Shown here piece after piece: positions 26,460 through 36,765 of a stretch of DNA of 64,000 nucleotides; position 1 is the first letter of the stretch; every line of letters begins with the position of its first letter. The position numbers were made by a program, and so were the translations under genes. Below the pieces are notes generated by a model, which was not told the origin of the DNA, ran no database searches, and saw only the letters and a list, made by a program, of their open reading frames with translations. The DNA is taken from positions 13,217-77,216 of the forward strand of contig JADIMM010000080.1 in assembly GCA_017694795.1 (NCBI GenBank), given 5' to 3'. Origin of the DNA: Candidatus Gallitreponema excrementavium. Lineage in GTDB: Bacteria; Spirochaetota; Spirochaetia; Treponematales; Treponemataceae.

Positions 26460-28277
26460 TTATTCTTCTTTGGTTTTAAGAACAGCAAGAAAGGCAGACT
26501 GTGGCAGTTCAACATTTCCCACCATTTTCATCCGTTTTTTTCCTTCTTTCTGTTTTTCAAGCAGCTTTCTTTTACGTGTCACATCACCACCGTAACATTT
26601 TGCAATAACATCTTTACGGAGAGGGTTAATAGTCTCCCTGGCAATTACCTGGCTGCCGATTGCCCCCTGTATTGGGATTTTAAACTGTTGTCTGGGAATT
26701 TCATCCTTTAACCTTTCGCAAACCTGCCTTGCTTTATCATAAGCATTTCCCTTGTATGCAAGCTGTGAAAGAGCATCAACGGATTTTCCGTTTAAAAGAA
26801 TATCAATTTTAACCAAATCCGTAGGCTTATATCCGGAAACATCGTACTCAAAAGAGGCGTATCCGCGGCTAATACTTTTAAGTCTGTCATAAAAATCAAA
26901 CAAAACTTCCGCCAGCGGCATTTCGTAAATGAGTTCCACCCTTTTTTGGTCCAGATAACTCATGTTCTGCTGGACACCTCTTTTTTCCACACAAAGGGTT
27001 ATTATGTTTCCCACATACTCTGCCGGAGTTATAATTGAAGCCCGGATATAAGGTTCCTCCGCACTTGATATTTTTCCCTGATCCGGATACGAAGCAGGAT
27101 TATCTACATAAATGCTTTCGCCGGAAGTAAGATGAATAAGATAACGAACGGAAGGGGAGGTAAAAATCACGGACTGGTTAAATTCCCTCTCCAGTCTTTC
27201 CTGCACTACCTCCAGATGGAGGAGGCCGAGAAAACCACAGCGGAAGCCATGCCCCAAGGCAACGGAAGAATCCCTGTCATAAGTCAAACTGGCATCATTT
27301 AGCTTGAGTTTTTCCATACTGTCCCTAAGCTCATCGTAGTCATTTGTGTCCATGGGGTAAATCGAAGAAAAAACAACCGGCTTGACTTCTTTAAAACCAG
27401 AAAGAGGCTCTGAAGCCGGACACAAGGCATCTGTGATAGTGTCACCAACCCTTACATCGGAAACTGTTTTTATTCCTGCAATTATATATCCCACTTCGCC
27501 TGCACTTAGCTCCCCCGTTTCAAAAAGGGCAAGCCTGAAAATCCCGGTATGTTCAATTTTATACTCAGAACCGGAATTCATAAATTTAATTGTCTGTCCG
27601 GTTTTCAATTTGCCGTTTACCACCCTGATATGGACAATAACCCCTTGATAAGGGTCATAATGACAGTCAAAAATCAAGGCCTGCAGCCTGCCGTCAGGTT
27701 TGTAAGCAGGGTTTTCCAAAGGAGAGGGGATTCTATCCACAATGGCTTCAAATAAATCATCTACCCCCTGCCCGGTTTTGGCAGAAACCTGGAGGGCCCC
27801 GTCAGGATCCAATCCTAAATCATGGTCAATCTGGTTCAAGACAGCAGGTATATCTTTGGAGGGCAAATCAATTTTATTGATAACAGGAATTATCTCTAAA
27901 TCATGTTCCAAAGCCAAATACATATTCGACAAGGTTTGGGATTCAACCCCCTGGGAAGCGTCAACCAAAAGAAGGGCACCTTCGCAGGAAGCAATGGCCC
28001 GGGAAACCTCGTATGAAAAATCCACATGGCCGGGAGTATCAACAAAATTCAGCTGGTATTCTTTTCCATCTTTTGCAGTATAAGGAATTGTTACCGCCTG
28101 GCTTTTTATAGTAATTCCCCTTTCCCGCTCTATATCCATTGAATCCAGTATCTGGTTTTGGAAATTCCTGTCATCAATGATTTTTGCTTTTTGAATAAGC
28201 CGGTCGGCTAAAGTCGATTTTCCGTGGTCAATATGGGCAACTATACAAAAGTTTCGGATTCTTTCAGGATTTGTCAT
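26460..28277 (-). CDS. lepA: Translation elongation factor 4 (LepA)
   Basis: 605 aa. IRNFCIVAHIDHGKSTLADRL, DTPGHVDF and the conserved LepA C-terminus. Confidence 0.95.
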   Translation of the reverse strand: MTNPERIRNFCIVAHIDHGKSTLADRLIQKAKIIDDRNFQNQILDSMDIERERGITIKSQAVTIPYTAKDGKEYQLNFVDTPGHVDFSYEVSRAIASCEGALLLVDASQGVESQTLSNMYLALEHDLEIIPVINKIDLPSKDIPAVLNQIDHDLGLDPDGALQVSAKTGQGVDDLFEAIVDRIPSPLENPAYKPDGRLQALIFDCHYDPYQGVIVHIRVVNGKLKTGQTIKFMNSGSEYKIEHTGIFRLALFETGELSAGEVGYIIAGIKTVSDVRVGDTITDALCPASEPLSGFKEVKPVVFSSIYPMDTNDYDELRDSMEKLKLNDASLTYDRDSSVALGHGFRCGFLGLLHLEVVQERLEREFNQSVIFTSPSVRYLIHLTSGESIYVDNPASYPDQGKISSAEEPYIRASIITPAEYVGNIITLCVEKRGVQQNMSYLDQKRVELIYEMPLAEVLFDFYDRLKSISRGYASFEYDVSGYKPTDLVKIDILLNGKSVDALSQLAYKGNAYDKARQVCERLKDEIPRQQFKIPIQGAIGSQVIARETINPLRKDVIAKCYGGDVTRKRKLLEKQKEGKKRMKMVGNVELPQSAFLAVLKTKEE

Positions 28278-28377
28278 AAGTGAATATTAAAGGAAAAGAA
28301 CTTTACTTTCAATACCGGAATGATACTGAAAATAAAGTTCCCTCTGGATTTTAAACCTTTATGTTGAACAACAAAGT

Positions 28378-28971
28378 TTAACCATACAAGTGTTCAAACT
28401 CGTGAAGTAGTTCCAAAGCCCTCTTTTTGCATTCCCCGCAGGCTGTTCCTATCTTTGTCCGTTCCTGCCAGGCCTCCCATGTAACGGCCCCGGATTTAAA
28501 GGCTTCTTCCAAATCTTTGTCAGTAATGTTAAGACAATGACAGACAACTTCCTTTGCCTCTGTTCCTTTAAGAGAAGGAAGCCCGTTTTTGGCAAGATAA
28601 TCATCAATTGCCGCCCTCAATGCCTTGTCCCCAAGGACGGAACAATGAAGCTTGTTGTCGGGAAGCCCCCCCAGCTTTGAAACAATATCCTGGGGTTTCA
28701 GTTTGTAAGCATCTTCCAGCTTCATTCCTTTTATTGCCTCTGATAAAATCGAAGTCGAAGCTATGGCACTGGCACAACCATAGGTCTTCCAACGGCAATC
28801 CCGAATCATGCCGTCTTTTACCCTTATTAAAATAAGCATCTGGTCACCGCACTTAATGTTTCCCACAATACCCCTGCCGTCACAGGGCCAGGAAGCCTCA
28901 TCTTCCGTTAGAACATTTCTGGGATTCATAAAATGGTCTTTCACCGTATCAGAATATAACCAATCACTCAT
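28378..28971 (-). CDS. nifU: NifU-like Fe-S scaffold (IscU-type N-domain plus BFD-like [2Fe-2S] domain)
   Basis: 197 aa. GNIKCGD, YGCASAIASTS and LHCSVL give the three scaffold cysteines. The C-terminal part has CHC...CGEC. Confidence 0.85.
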   Translation of the reverse strand: MSDWLYSDTVKDHFMNPRNVLTEDEASWPCDGRGIVGNIKCGDQMLILIRVKDGMIRDCRWKTYGCASAIASTSILSEAIKGMKLEDAYKLKPQDIVSKLGGLPDNKLHCSVLGDKALRAAIDDYLAKNGLPSLKGTEAKEVVCHCLNITDKDLEEAFKSGAVTWEAWQERTKIGTACGECKKRALELLHEFEHLYG

Positions 28972-29089
28972 AAAACTCTCCTTCTAACTGCCGGAAAGTT
29001 TCCCGGCTTTAATATTTCCGAAATTTTCAATTTCAAATAAAAAAATGCTTCCAAATATCTAATGCCTTAATAGCAATAAAAACCAAACA

Positions 29090-30256
29090 CTAAACAAGTC
29101 CCACTGTAGAAAACTTTCTAAGTTTCTCTATTACAGGGGGAAGGTTTTTTAATACGTAATCAATTTCTTCTTCCGTTGTATATTTGCCCAAGCTGAATCT
29201 GATTGAACCGTGGGCCAGTTCCGGACCAAGTCCTGTTGCAACCAGAACATGGGAGGGCTCTAGACTTCCGGAAGCACAGGCTGAACCCGTTGAAGCTTCT
29301 ATTCCCAATAAATCCAAATGTAACAGGATAGCTTCTCCTTCAGCTCCGGGAAAGGAAACACTCAAGGTATTGGGTATAAAGAAATCCTGGGAACCGTTTA
29401 TCCTGATATTGGGAACAGAATTAACAAGTCCATCCCTTAATTTATTCCTTAGGGGAAGGACATGGGCCCTGTAGGATTCCAATTCTTCTTCTGCAATGGA
29501 AGCCGCAACTCCAAAAGCCGTAATTCCGGGGCTGTTGTAGGTGCCAGCCCTTCGGCCGTTTTCCTGATGCCCTCCGGCAATAAGGGAAGCAAATGGAACA
29601 CCTTTTTTGACATACAATGCCCCTACTCCCTTTGGACCGTAAATTTTATGGGCGGAAATACTCATATAATCAAGCCCCCAGTCTCCGGCGTCAACAGGAA
29701 TTTTTCCAACTGCCTGGACACAGTCCGAATGAAAATAAGCTCCGGCTTCATGGGCCATGGAGGACAGTTTTTTAATATCCTGGACAGTACCTATCTCATT
29801 ATTGGCAGCCATAATTGAAACCAACCTGGGTTTTAATTTCAAAAGTTTTGAGTATTCTTCCATGTCAATAAGCCCCTGGCCATCCACAGGAATTTTATGA
29901 ATTTTAAACCCGAAGCTTTTCAGTCTCTCTGCAGACTCCAAAACACAGGGATGTTCAATTGCAGAAATCAAAATATCCCTTCCGGGGCTTTTTTCCTTAT
30001 TGGCAGCAATGGACCAAAAAACAGTGTTATTGGACTCAGATCCACCTGATGTAAAAATAAGTTCATCCGGATTTTTTATTTTAACCAAAGATGCAAGCCT
30101 TTCCCTGGCCTCCCGGATTTTTTTTGCTGCCAGTCTTCCTGCTTCATGAAGACTAGAGGCATTGCCATATCCATCCCGTAACTCCACAGCCAAAACCTCC
30201 TGAACCCTTTTATCTACAGGAGCCGTAGCGTTGTAATCAAGATAAATCCTTTTCAT
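29090..30256 (-). CDS. nifS: Cysteine desulfurase (NifS/IscS class)
   Basis: 388 aa. IYLDYNATAP, SISAHKIYGPKG (PLP lysine) and STGSACASG (active-site Cys). Confidence 0.9.
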   Translation of the reverse strand: MKRIYLDYNATAPVDKRVQEVLAVELRDGYGNASSLHEAGRLAAKKIREARERLASLVKIKNPDELIFTSGGSESNNTVFWSIAANKEKSPGRDILISAIEHPCVLESAERLKSFGFKIHKIPVDGQGLIDMEEYSKLLKLKPRLVSIMAANNEIGTVQDIKKLSSMAHEAGAYFHSDCVQAVGKIPVDAGDWGLDYMSISAHKIYGPKGVGALYVKKGVPFASLIAGGHQENGRRAGTYNSPGITAFGVAASIAEEELESYRAHVLPLRNKLRDGLVNSVPNIRINGSQDFFIPNTLSVSFPGAEGEAILLHLDLLGIEASTGSACASGSLEPSHVLVATGLGPELAHGSIRFSLGKYTTEEEIDYVLKNLPPVIEKLRKFSTVGLV

Positions 30257-31404
30257 TCTATCACCTCACTTATGATGCCGCCGCCCAGAATAACATCCCC
30301 ATCATAAAAAACCGCAGATTGTCCCGGGGCGGCGGCCATGACCTTTTCTGAAAAATCAACCCTGATTCTTCCGTCTTCCAACCTGTAAACCCTGCCCGGC
30401 ACCGGTTTACTTGCCAGACGGATTTTAACCGACAATTCCATGCTTTCTGTATTCTCCGGAAAAATCAAGGAGGAATCTTCAACAATAACCCCGGAAAAAA
30501 ACATTCCATCCTTTCCGGATACAACAATATTATTCCCTTTTCTGTCTATAGAACGGACATAAAGGGGAGCCCCGCCGCCGATTCCCAATCCACGCCGCTG
30601 CCCGATTGTGTAATAAATAATCCCTTTGTGTTTTCCCAATATTTTTCCGCAGGTATCCACTATATTTCCGGGACCGGGAACATTCCCCTTAAACAAGGCA
30701 GGCCACTGGGACTGGGGAATAAAATCCTGGCTTTCCTTCCTTTGGGCTGAAACCAGCCCCATTTTAAGGGCCTCTGCCTTTACATGCCCTTTACGCATCA
30801 TTCCCAAGGGAAATCTGACCTTTTCCAAAACTTTTGATGGCACACCATACAAAAAATAACTTTGATCTTTTGTTCCGTCCATGCCGTTCCCGATATGAAA
30901 AGTTCCTGTAATATTGTCCATTACAACCCTGGCATAATGACCGGTCGCAAAATAATCAAAGTTTATTCCAGTTTTACGGGCTTTCTCGATAAATGCCCCG
31001 AATTTAACCCTTTTGTTGCATTCCACGCAGGGATTGGGAGTCCGGCCTCTTAAATATTCCGATGTAAAATACTCCAGAACAGAATTTTTGTATTCTTCGG
31101 ACACATCAACCGTATAATAGGGGATACCGTATTTTGAACAGAAATCCCGGCAAATTTGCAAATCTATTTCTTCATCAGGACCATAACAGGAACCTCTCAA
31201 CACAAGAGGATTATCCCTGTAGGAATCTTTATAAACGGACTTTTCCCCGTCCCAGGTACACATTGTTGCCCCTATCACCTTATAACCTTTGTTCAATAAA
31301 TAAAGGGCGGTAAAAGAGGAATCCACACCTCCCGACATCCCCACTAGAAAGGTACTTCCTTTTGGGGGCATGGGAAGGACTTTATATCTGCCATCTCCAG
31401 TCAT
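30253..31404 (-). CDS. mnmA: tRNA 2-thiouridine(34) synthase MnmA
   Basis: 383 aa. PP-loop GMSGGVDSS, NPCVECN and ATGHYAR. It overlaps nifS by 4 nt. Confidence 0.9.
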   Translation of the reverse strand: MTGDGRYKVLPMPPKGSTFLVGMSGGVDSSFTALYLLNKGYKVIGATMCTWDGEKSVYKDSYRDNPLVLRGSCYGPDEEIDLQICRDFCSKYGIPYYTVDVSEEYKNSVLEYFTSEYLRGRTPNPCVECNKRVKFGAFIEKARKTGINFDYFATGHYARVVMDNITGTFHIGNGMDGTKDQSYFLYGVPSKVLEKVRFPLGMMRKGHVKAEALKMGLVSAQRKESQDFIPQSQWPALFKGNVPGPGNIVDTCGKILGKHKGIIYYTIGQRRGLGIGGGAPLYVRSIDRKGNNIVVSGKDGMFFSGVIVEDSSLIFPENTESMELSVKIRLASKPVPGRVYRLEDGRIRVDFSEKVMAAAPGQSAVFYDGDVILGGGIISEVIE

Positions 31405-31517
31405 AAGAAAAGTATACTGATTTTATATCAGAGTGGCAAGGTAGGAATTAAAAAATAACTTTGATATTCAAGTTTTTAAAAAAAAATGATACAATGTAGC
31501 ATACAGGAGTATACCTT

Positions 31518-31862
31518 ATGGAATTTAATATTAACGGAGCCTTAGACCGGCTGGATAACGATAAGGACATTTTAAAAATGATGATTTCGGACTTTCTTGA
31601 AACCGATAAAAATATTCCCGGTGAATTTAACGCCCTTTTGGAAAAAAAAGATCTGGATTCCATCAGAAGCCTTGCCCATAGAATGAAAGGGTGTCTTTTG
31701 TCTTTGGGAGCCGAAACACTTGGGGAAAAGTTTAAGGATTTGGAAAGGGGAATAAAAGAAGGCAGATACAGTCTTTCCGATGCTGAATCAAAACTCCCGG
31801 GGATTATCTCCGGTTTTAATGAAGCCTATACTTACTATGAGCAGCTTTTAAACACCCTTTAA
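31518..31862 (+). CDS. Stand-alone Hpt (histidine phosphotransfer) domain protein
   Basis: 114 aa. SLAHRMKGCLLSLGAE matches the Hpt H-x-x-K-G motif. Confidence 0.7.
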   Translation: MEFNINGALDRLDNDKDILKMMISDFLETDKNIPGEFNALLEKKDLDSIRSLAHRMKGCLLSLGAETLGEKFKDLERGIKEGRYSLSDAESKLPGIISGFNEAYTYYEQLLNTL

Positions 31863-32684
31863 CCCGAAGATATTACAACAATTCTCAAGAAGAATTTCTT
31901 CGAACATGGATTCCGGCAGGGACTTAAAGTCCAGAATAAACTTTTTTATTTTTTCAATTTCCACCGGCCTAGTAAAATCCTGGTTTTTAAGGGTCATAAA
32001 TGGAAAATCCGTTTCTGTCAGAATCCTTTCCGGAGGAAGGAATTTAAGGGTTTCCAGGGAATTCTTCCGCCCCTGGAGAAGGGCCTTACCAAAAGAAAAA
32101 AAGGCGTTTACCCCTTTTTTCAAGAGGCTTTCCGCCTCCACAGGGGAACCGGGCCAGCCATGAAATATAACTGCCGGTACTTTTTTAAGGTCAGGTATGT
32201 GTCCAAAAATCAGCGGAAGCGCCTTTCTCACATGAATAATCATGGGAAGCTGTTTTTTTACAGCCTCATCCAGCTGAAAATCCCAAACCATTTTCTGATT
32301 TTCAAGAGTTGAGGCATATTCAGGGGTAAACATATCAAAACCGCACTCGCCTATTCCGTAAATCATTTTTTTTTCTATTAAGCCGGAAAGAATTTCCATT
32401 TGGGAAGGCTCGGGATTCTGGGGATGAATTCCAAAAACCGGGATTATGTTAAAATCACTTGTTTTTTCCAGCAAAGAAATGGTTTCCCTGTATTCTGTTC
32501 CGGAAAAAGAGTTTACATAAAAACAATCTCTTGAAAGCATACTTTTAAAAAATTCCAGACACTTTTCTTCTGATTTGCCCTCCTCTGGTAAACATTCAGA
32601 GCAGGCTGAAAATAAATCCCAAAAATGACAATGGAAATCAACAACCATATGACTAATTAAATAATACTTATTCTTTTTTTTCAA
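31848..32684 (-). CDS. tatD: TatD-family metal-dependent hydrolase
   Basis: 278 aa. VDFHCH at the N-terminus, GECGFD, IHVR, and ETDFP near the C-terminus. Confidence 0.75.
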   Translation of the reverse strand: MKKKNKYYLISHMVVDFHCHFWDLFSACSECLPEEGKSEEKCLEFFKSMLSRDCFYVNSFSGTEYRETISLLEKTSDFNIIPVFGIHPQNPEPSQMEILSGLIEKKMIYGIGECGFDMFTPEYASTLENQKMVWDFQLDEAVKKQLPMIIHVRKALPLIFGHIPDLKKVPAVIFHGWPGSPVEAESLLKKGVNAFFSFGKALLQGRKNSLETLKFLPPERILTETDFPFMTLKNQDFTRPVEIEKIKKFILDFKSLPESMFEEILLENCCNIFGLKGV

Positions 32685-32906
32685 CTGCCGATTATTAATA
32701 TGCCGGAGGTTAAAAAATAAATGTCCTACGGTCTACTAACCCGGAATATTCCGGGAAATTAAAAAACTGAATCCGTAATAAGGTAATGCAAACAGGCAAT
32801 ACCGGTTAAGGCGGAATAAAACCTTTTTCGTTTTTTTACCTTTGACCTGTAACACAAAAGCAGCAGAAAGGCCGGAAAAATGGAAAGAACCTTTACAGGA
32901 GGGAAT

Positions 32907-33119
32907 ATGAAAACCTATGAAATTAAATCATGTGAAGGACAGAAAGCTTCTTTTACAATAATCTCAACAATGAAAAATGGATTTAAGGTCAAGATAACAC
33001 GGGAAAAAAACGGATACGAAACCGTTACGGAAGATTTTTTAAGCAAAGAGCTTTTTGAAACCTGTTTGCGAACCGGATATATAAGAGAAATCAAGGTATC
33101 TGCAGAAGGTGTTGCTTAA
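32907..33119 (+). CDS. Small hypothetical protein (70 aa)
   Basis: An AGGAGG SD lies directly before ATG 32907 (MKTYEIKSCEG...). The track ORF begins 27 nt earlier. Confidence 0.4.
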   Translation: MKTYEIKSCEGQKASFTIISTMKNGFKVKITREKNGYETVTEDFLSKELFETCLRTGYIREIKVSAEGVA

Positions 33120-34060
33120 TCAATAAAAAGACTCTGTTCAATAATATTTACTGAATTTAAAAAAAAGTCACCTGTTATCCAGTTTATCTTTACGCCTTTA
33201 CGTTCCATTCCCCGGAACCAGGTGTCCTGGCGTTTGGCAAACTGGCGGATAGCAATAAAAAGCCGGTTGCGGAGTTCGTCAAAAGATGGTACTTTCCCCT
33301 GAAGGTACTCCGCAACAAACCGGTACTCCAGCCCGAACCTTTCCAGCCTCTGCCAGCTTACCCCCTGCAAGTTAAGGTTTTTTACTTCATCTATAAGCCC
33401 GGCCTCAAAACGCTGGTCAAGCCTTAAAAGAATCCGCTTTCTAAGTTCCTCCCGGGGAATTTTAATACCGATTATAAGGGGTTTTATTTCAAGGCTTTCC
33501 CCGACGATATCACAAACCGGTTCCGGCCCGTTCTTATCCTGCTGTTTTTGCGAATATTCAAAAATTTCGATGGCACGGAGCAATCTGTGCCGCTCAGTTA
33601 AATCTGTTTCGTTATGCATGGCTGGATTTAGGGAGCGGTAATAAGCCTGCAATTCTTCCATTGAAAAGCCTGAAAGTTTCTGCCTCAAATCCGGATTGGA
33701 AGGTACTTCAAAGAGCCGGTAATTCCTGACAATGGAATCAAGGTACATTCCCGTTCCCCCGCAAAAAACCGGAAGCCGTTTCCTTTCCCGTATTTCTTTC
33801 CAGGCTTCAATGGCCATTTTCCGCCATTCAAAAAGATTGAATTCTTCCATTGGGCTTGCCACATCAATCAAATGGTATTCAATATATCCATATTCCCCCA
33901 GGTCTTTTCCGGACCCCAAATCAAGGCCCTTGTAAACCTGCCTTGAATCTGCAGAAATTATCTCTCCTCCGTATTTTTCCGAAAGCTTTACAGCAAGGCT
34001 GGTTTTACCACAGGCTGTAGGCCCCACAATCATGACTGAATTGTATAATTTTTTTTCCAC
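33116..34060 (-). CDS. miaA: tRNA dimethylallyltransferase MiaA
   Basis: 314 aa. P-loop GPTACGKTSLA, SADSRQVYKGLDLGSGK and GGTGMY. Confidence 0.9.
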   Translation of the reverse strand: MEKKLYNSVMIVGPTACGKTSLAVKLSEKYGGEIISADSRQVYKGLDLGSGKDLGEYGYIEYHLIDVASPMEEFNLFEWRKMAIEAWKEIRERKRLPVFCGGTGMYLDSIVRNYRLFEVPSNPDLRQKLSGFSMEELQAYYRSLNPAMHNETDLTERHRLLRAIEIFEYSQKQQDKNGPEPVCDIVGESLEIKPLIIGIKIPREELRKRILLRLDQRFEAGLIDEVKNLNLQGVSWQRLERFGLEYRFVAEYLQGKVPSFDELRNRLFIAIRQFAKRQDTWFRGMERKGVKINWITGDFFLNSVNIIEQSLFID

Positions 34061-34079
34061 CTGGGCTCCTTTCTGTCTT

Positions 34080-35372
34080 TTAAAAAACCCTTAAAAGAAC
34101 ACAGGTCAGATATGAAGACTCAGGATAACCTGCCAAAACCGGATGATCAGGACCGGGGCCGGTGCGGCTTATAATCTGTAGTTTTTTATGGGCATCCCGG
34201 CCGGCATTCAAAAGCATATTCATAAACATTTCATCGGTAAAAAAATGGGAACAGGAACAGGTAAGAAGATACCCTCCTGTTTTAAGTATTTTCATTGCCC
34301 TTAAATTAATTTCCTTGTAGCCTCCATAAGCCTTGGAAGAAGTCTTGGCATTTTTTGTAAAGGCGGGAGGATCCAGAATAATTACATCAAAGGTTTCTCC
34401 GGAATCGCAGTAGGATTTTAAAAGCTCAAAAACATCTGCTTCAAGAACTGTATTTGTTTTTTCACTGTGGTTGAGAATTATGTTCTCTTTAGTCAGGGCA
34501 ACGGCTTCCGGTGAAATATCGGCAGAAATTACCTCCGCCGCCCCGAACAGGGAGGCATTAAGTCCAAAGGCTCCGGTATGGGTAAATGTATCCAAAACAC
34601 GCTTTCCGGAAACTATGGGAGAAAGAAGCCGCCTGTTGAATTTCTGATCTAAAAAATAACCGGTTTTCTGCCCCTCCAGGAGATTTACCTTTAACAGGAT
34701 TGAATTTTCCCTGATTATTATTTCCGGATTAAACTCAGGGCCTATAAAGCCTTTTTTTTCTTCAAGACCTTCCAGAACCCTGACCCGGACATCGCTGCGT
34801 TCCACAATCCCTACAGGATTGAGGATTTTTCTCAGTGCATCAATTATCAGATCCCGGTATTCTTCTACAGCCCGGGATAAAAACTGGATTGAAAGAAAAA
34901 CCTGAGGGATAACCTCCGCCCCGGGGTTGTCCGTCCCTAAAGGAAAGGCCTTAAAACAGTCCACTATAAGACCAGGCAAAAAGTCTGCCTCCCCGAAAAC
35001 CAGCCGGAAAGAATCCCCGGGAGAAAAAAAATTCTTCCTTAGCTCCAGGGCAGTTTTAATACGTTTGGAAAAAAATTCCCCGTTAATTTCATCCCTCTCC
35101 CGGGAAAAAAAACGGAATATTATTTTTGAAAAGTGATTGTAATAACCTATCCCGAGAAAAAACCCGGAAGCAGTATAGGCCTCCATAAGCCCGGTATATT
35201 CAAATCTGCTGTTGGAAAATGGAAAACATTGTTTTCCGGTTCTTATTTCCTTTACTTCGTTATCATAAATCCAAGGATGCCCCTCCAAAATCCGGTCTTC
35301 TTCTTTTGGTTTCAAAAAAAGTCTGGGCAAAACAGGATTACCATGTGGTTCTTTTAAGTTATTATCAGGCAT
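34080..35372 (-). CDS. rlmI: Class I SAM-dependent rRNA methyltransferase (RlmI/PUA-domain type)
   Basis: 430 aa. GHPWIYDNEV (PUA-like N-terminus), VLDTFTHTGAFG (SAM motif I) and IILDPPAF. Confidence 0.75.
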   Translation of the reverse strand: MPDNNLKEPHGNPVLPRLFLKPKEEDRILEGHPWIYDNEVKEIRTGKQCFPFSNSRFEYTGLMEAYTASGFFLGIGYYNHFSKIIFRFFSRERDEINGEFFSKRIKTALELRKNFFSPGDSFRLVFGEADFLPGLIVDCFKAFPLGTDNPGAEVIPQVFLSIQFLSRAVEEYRDLIIDALRKILNPVGIVERSDVRVRVLEGLEEKKGFIGPEFNPEIIIRENSILLKVNLLEGQKTGYFLDQKFNRRLLSPIVSGKRVLDTFTHTGAFGLNASLFGAAEVISADISPEAVALTKENIILNHSEKTNTVLEADVFELLKSYCDSGETFDVIILDPPAFTKNAKTSSKAYGGYKEINLRAMKILKTGGYLLTCSCSHFFTDEMFMNMLLNAGRDAHKKLQIISRTGPGPDHPVLAGYPESSYLTCVLLRVF

Positions 35373-35413
35373 ATTATGAGATTATCACAAGACAGGACTA
35401 AAAACAATATTCA

Positions 35414-35461
35414 GAACAAAACAAAAAAGACAGCCGGGAGAAACTTTCACCTGACTGTCTT
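35414..35461 (-). terminator. Rho-independent terminator of the minus-strand binding-protein gene
   Basis: The minus strand reads AAGACAG-N21-CTGTCTT followed by TTTTTGTTTTG. Confidence 0.5.
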
Positions 35462-35492
35462 TCATAAAAGTCCGTTCTAATTCCGGAAAAAA

Positions 35493-36452
35493 TTACTGGA
35501 GTTCTGCAAGAACATCGGCCGGAATTTCAATGCCCATTTCTTCTGCTGCTTCCATGTTAATTGCAAGGTCGCATTTTTCAAGATACTGAATCGGCATTTC
35601 GGCAGGATTTTTTCCGTTTTCAAGAATATCAACTGCCATGGCAGCTGTCTGTTTGCCAAGTTCGTAATAGTTCAATCCGTAAGTTGCAAAACCTCCGTTG
35701 TCAACCATTCCGGCCTCACCGCAGAAAACGGGAATTCCTGCCGGTGTTGAAACCATGGAAACAGTGGCCATTCCGGCTGCAATCATGTTGTCGGTGGGGG
35801 CATAAATTGCATCAACCTTTCCGACAAGGCTTTCAACTACAGACTGAATTTCATTTGAGCTGGAAACTGTTGCGTCCACATACTCAAGGCCGATTTCGTC
35901 GGCAGTTTTCTTTGCAAGACCAACCTGGAAGTAAGAGTTTTCTTCACTGGAACAGAAAAGGAATGCGATTTTCTTTGCATCAGGAAGAATTCTCTTAATA
36001 AGTCTGACCTGGGCATCCACAGGATTCAGATCGGAGGTTCCTGAAACATTTGTTCCGGGAAGATCATTGGAATTTACAAGCTTTGCAGAAGCAGGGTCTG
36101 TAACGGCTGTAACAAGAACCGGAATAGTATCAGTAAAATTTACCACTGCCTGGGCTGCCGGTGTTGCAATGGCAAGAATCAAATCGTTCTGGTCATTTAC
36201 CAGTTTCTGGGCAATAGTCACACAGTTTGCCTGCTCACCCTGGGCGTTCTGATAATCAATGGTGAGATTTTTTCCGTCTTCGTATCCGGCTTCTTTAAGC
36301 CCGTCCACAAACCCCTGGTAAGCGGCATCAAGGGCGGCATGTTCCACCAACTGTACTACACCGATTTTTGGTCCTTTTGTTTTTTCTGCACATCCGGACA
36401 AAATCAATCCGAGACTCAGCAGAACTGTTAAAAATGCAAATGTCTTTTTCAT
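35493..36452 (-). CDS. ABC transporter substrate-binding lipoprotein (PF04392-like)
   Basis: 319 aa. Lipobox LILSGC. IGVVQLVEHAALD and later blocks are paralogous to the protein at 36826..37851. Confidence 0.75.
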   Translation of the reverse strand: MKKTFAFLTVLLSLGLILSGCAEKTKGPKIGVVQLVEHAALDAAYQGFVDGLKEAGYEDGKNLTIDYQNAQGEQANCVTIAQKLVNDQNDLILAIATPAAQAVVNFTDTIPVLVTAVTDPASAKLVNSNDLPGTNVSGTSDLNPVDAQVRLIKRILPDAKKIAFLFCSSEENSYFQVGLAKKTADEIGLEYVDATVSSSNEIQSVVESLVGKVDAIYAPTDNMIAAGMATVSMVSTPAGIPVFCGEAGMVDNGGFATYGLNYYELGKQTAAMAVDILENGKNPAEMPIQYLEKCDLAINMEAAEEMGIEIPADVLAELQ

Positions 36453-36765
36453 CTTTTCCCCTCTTTAATTTTACCGGACAAAATCCTTTGTAAAATTAAA
36501 TATACTTAATATACTTTAATCTAATCAAAGTTTTTTTTATATGTCAAGGCTGAATTTACCAAGTTTTGAAAAAATAATGAGGGAAAAGCATTGTTACATA
36601 ATTATAATCAGGGCAGGATTGTTTTTTGATAACCACAGGAGACAGACAAAAAACTTCTTATAATTTTATCCGGTCTGGAAAAACTGTCCTGGTTTTCCAT
36701 TTCCTACCCTGTCTATTCAAACTGAGGATTGAATGAATATTTTTCCAGTTAATTTTTTTTACCTC

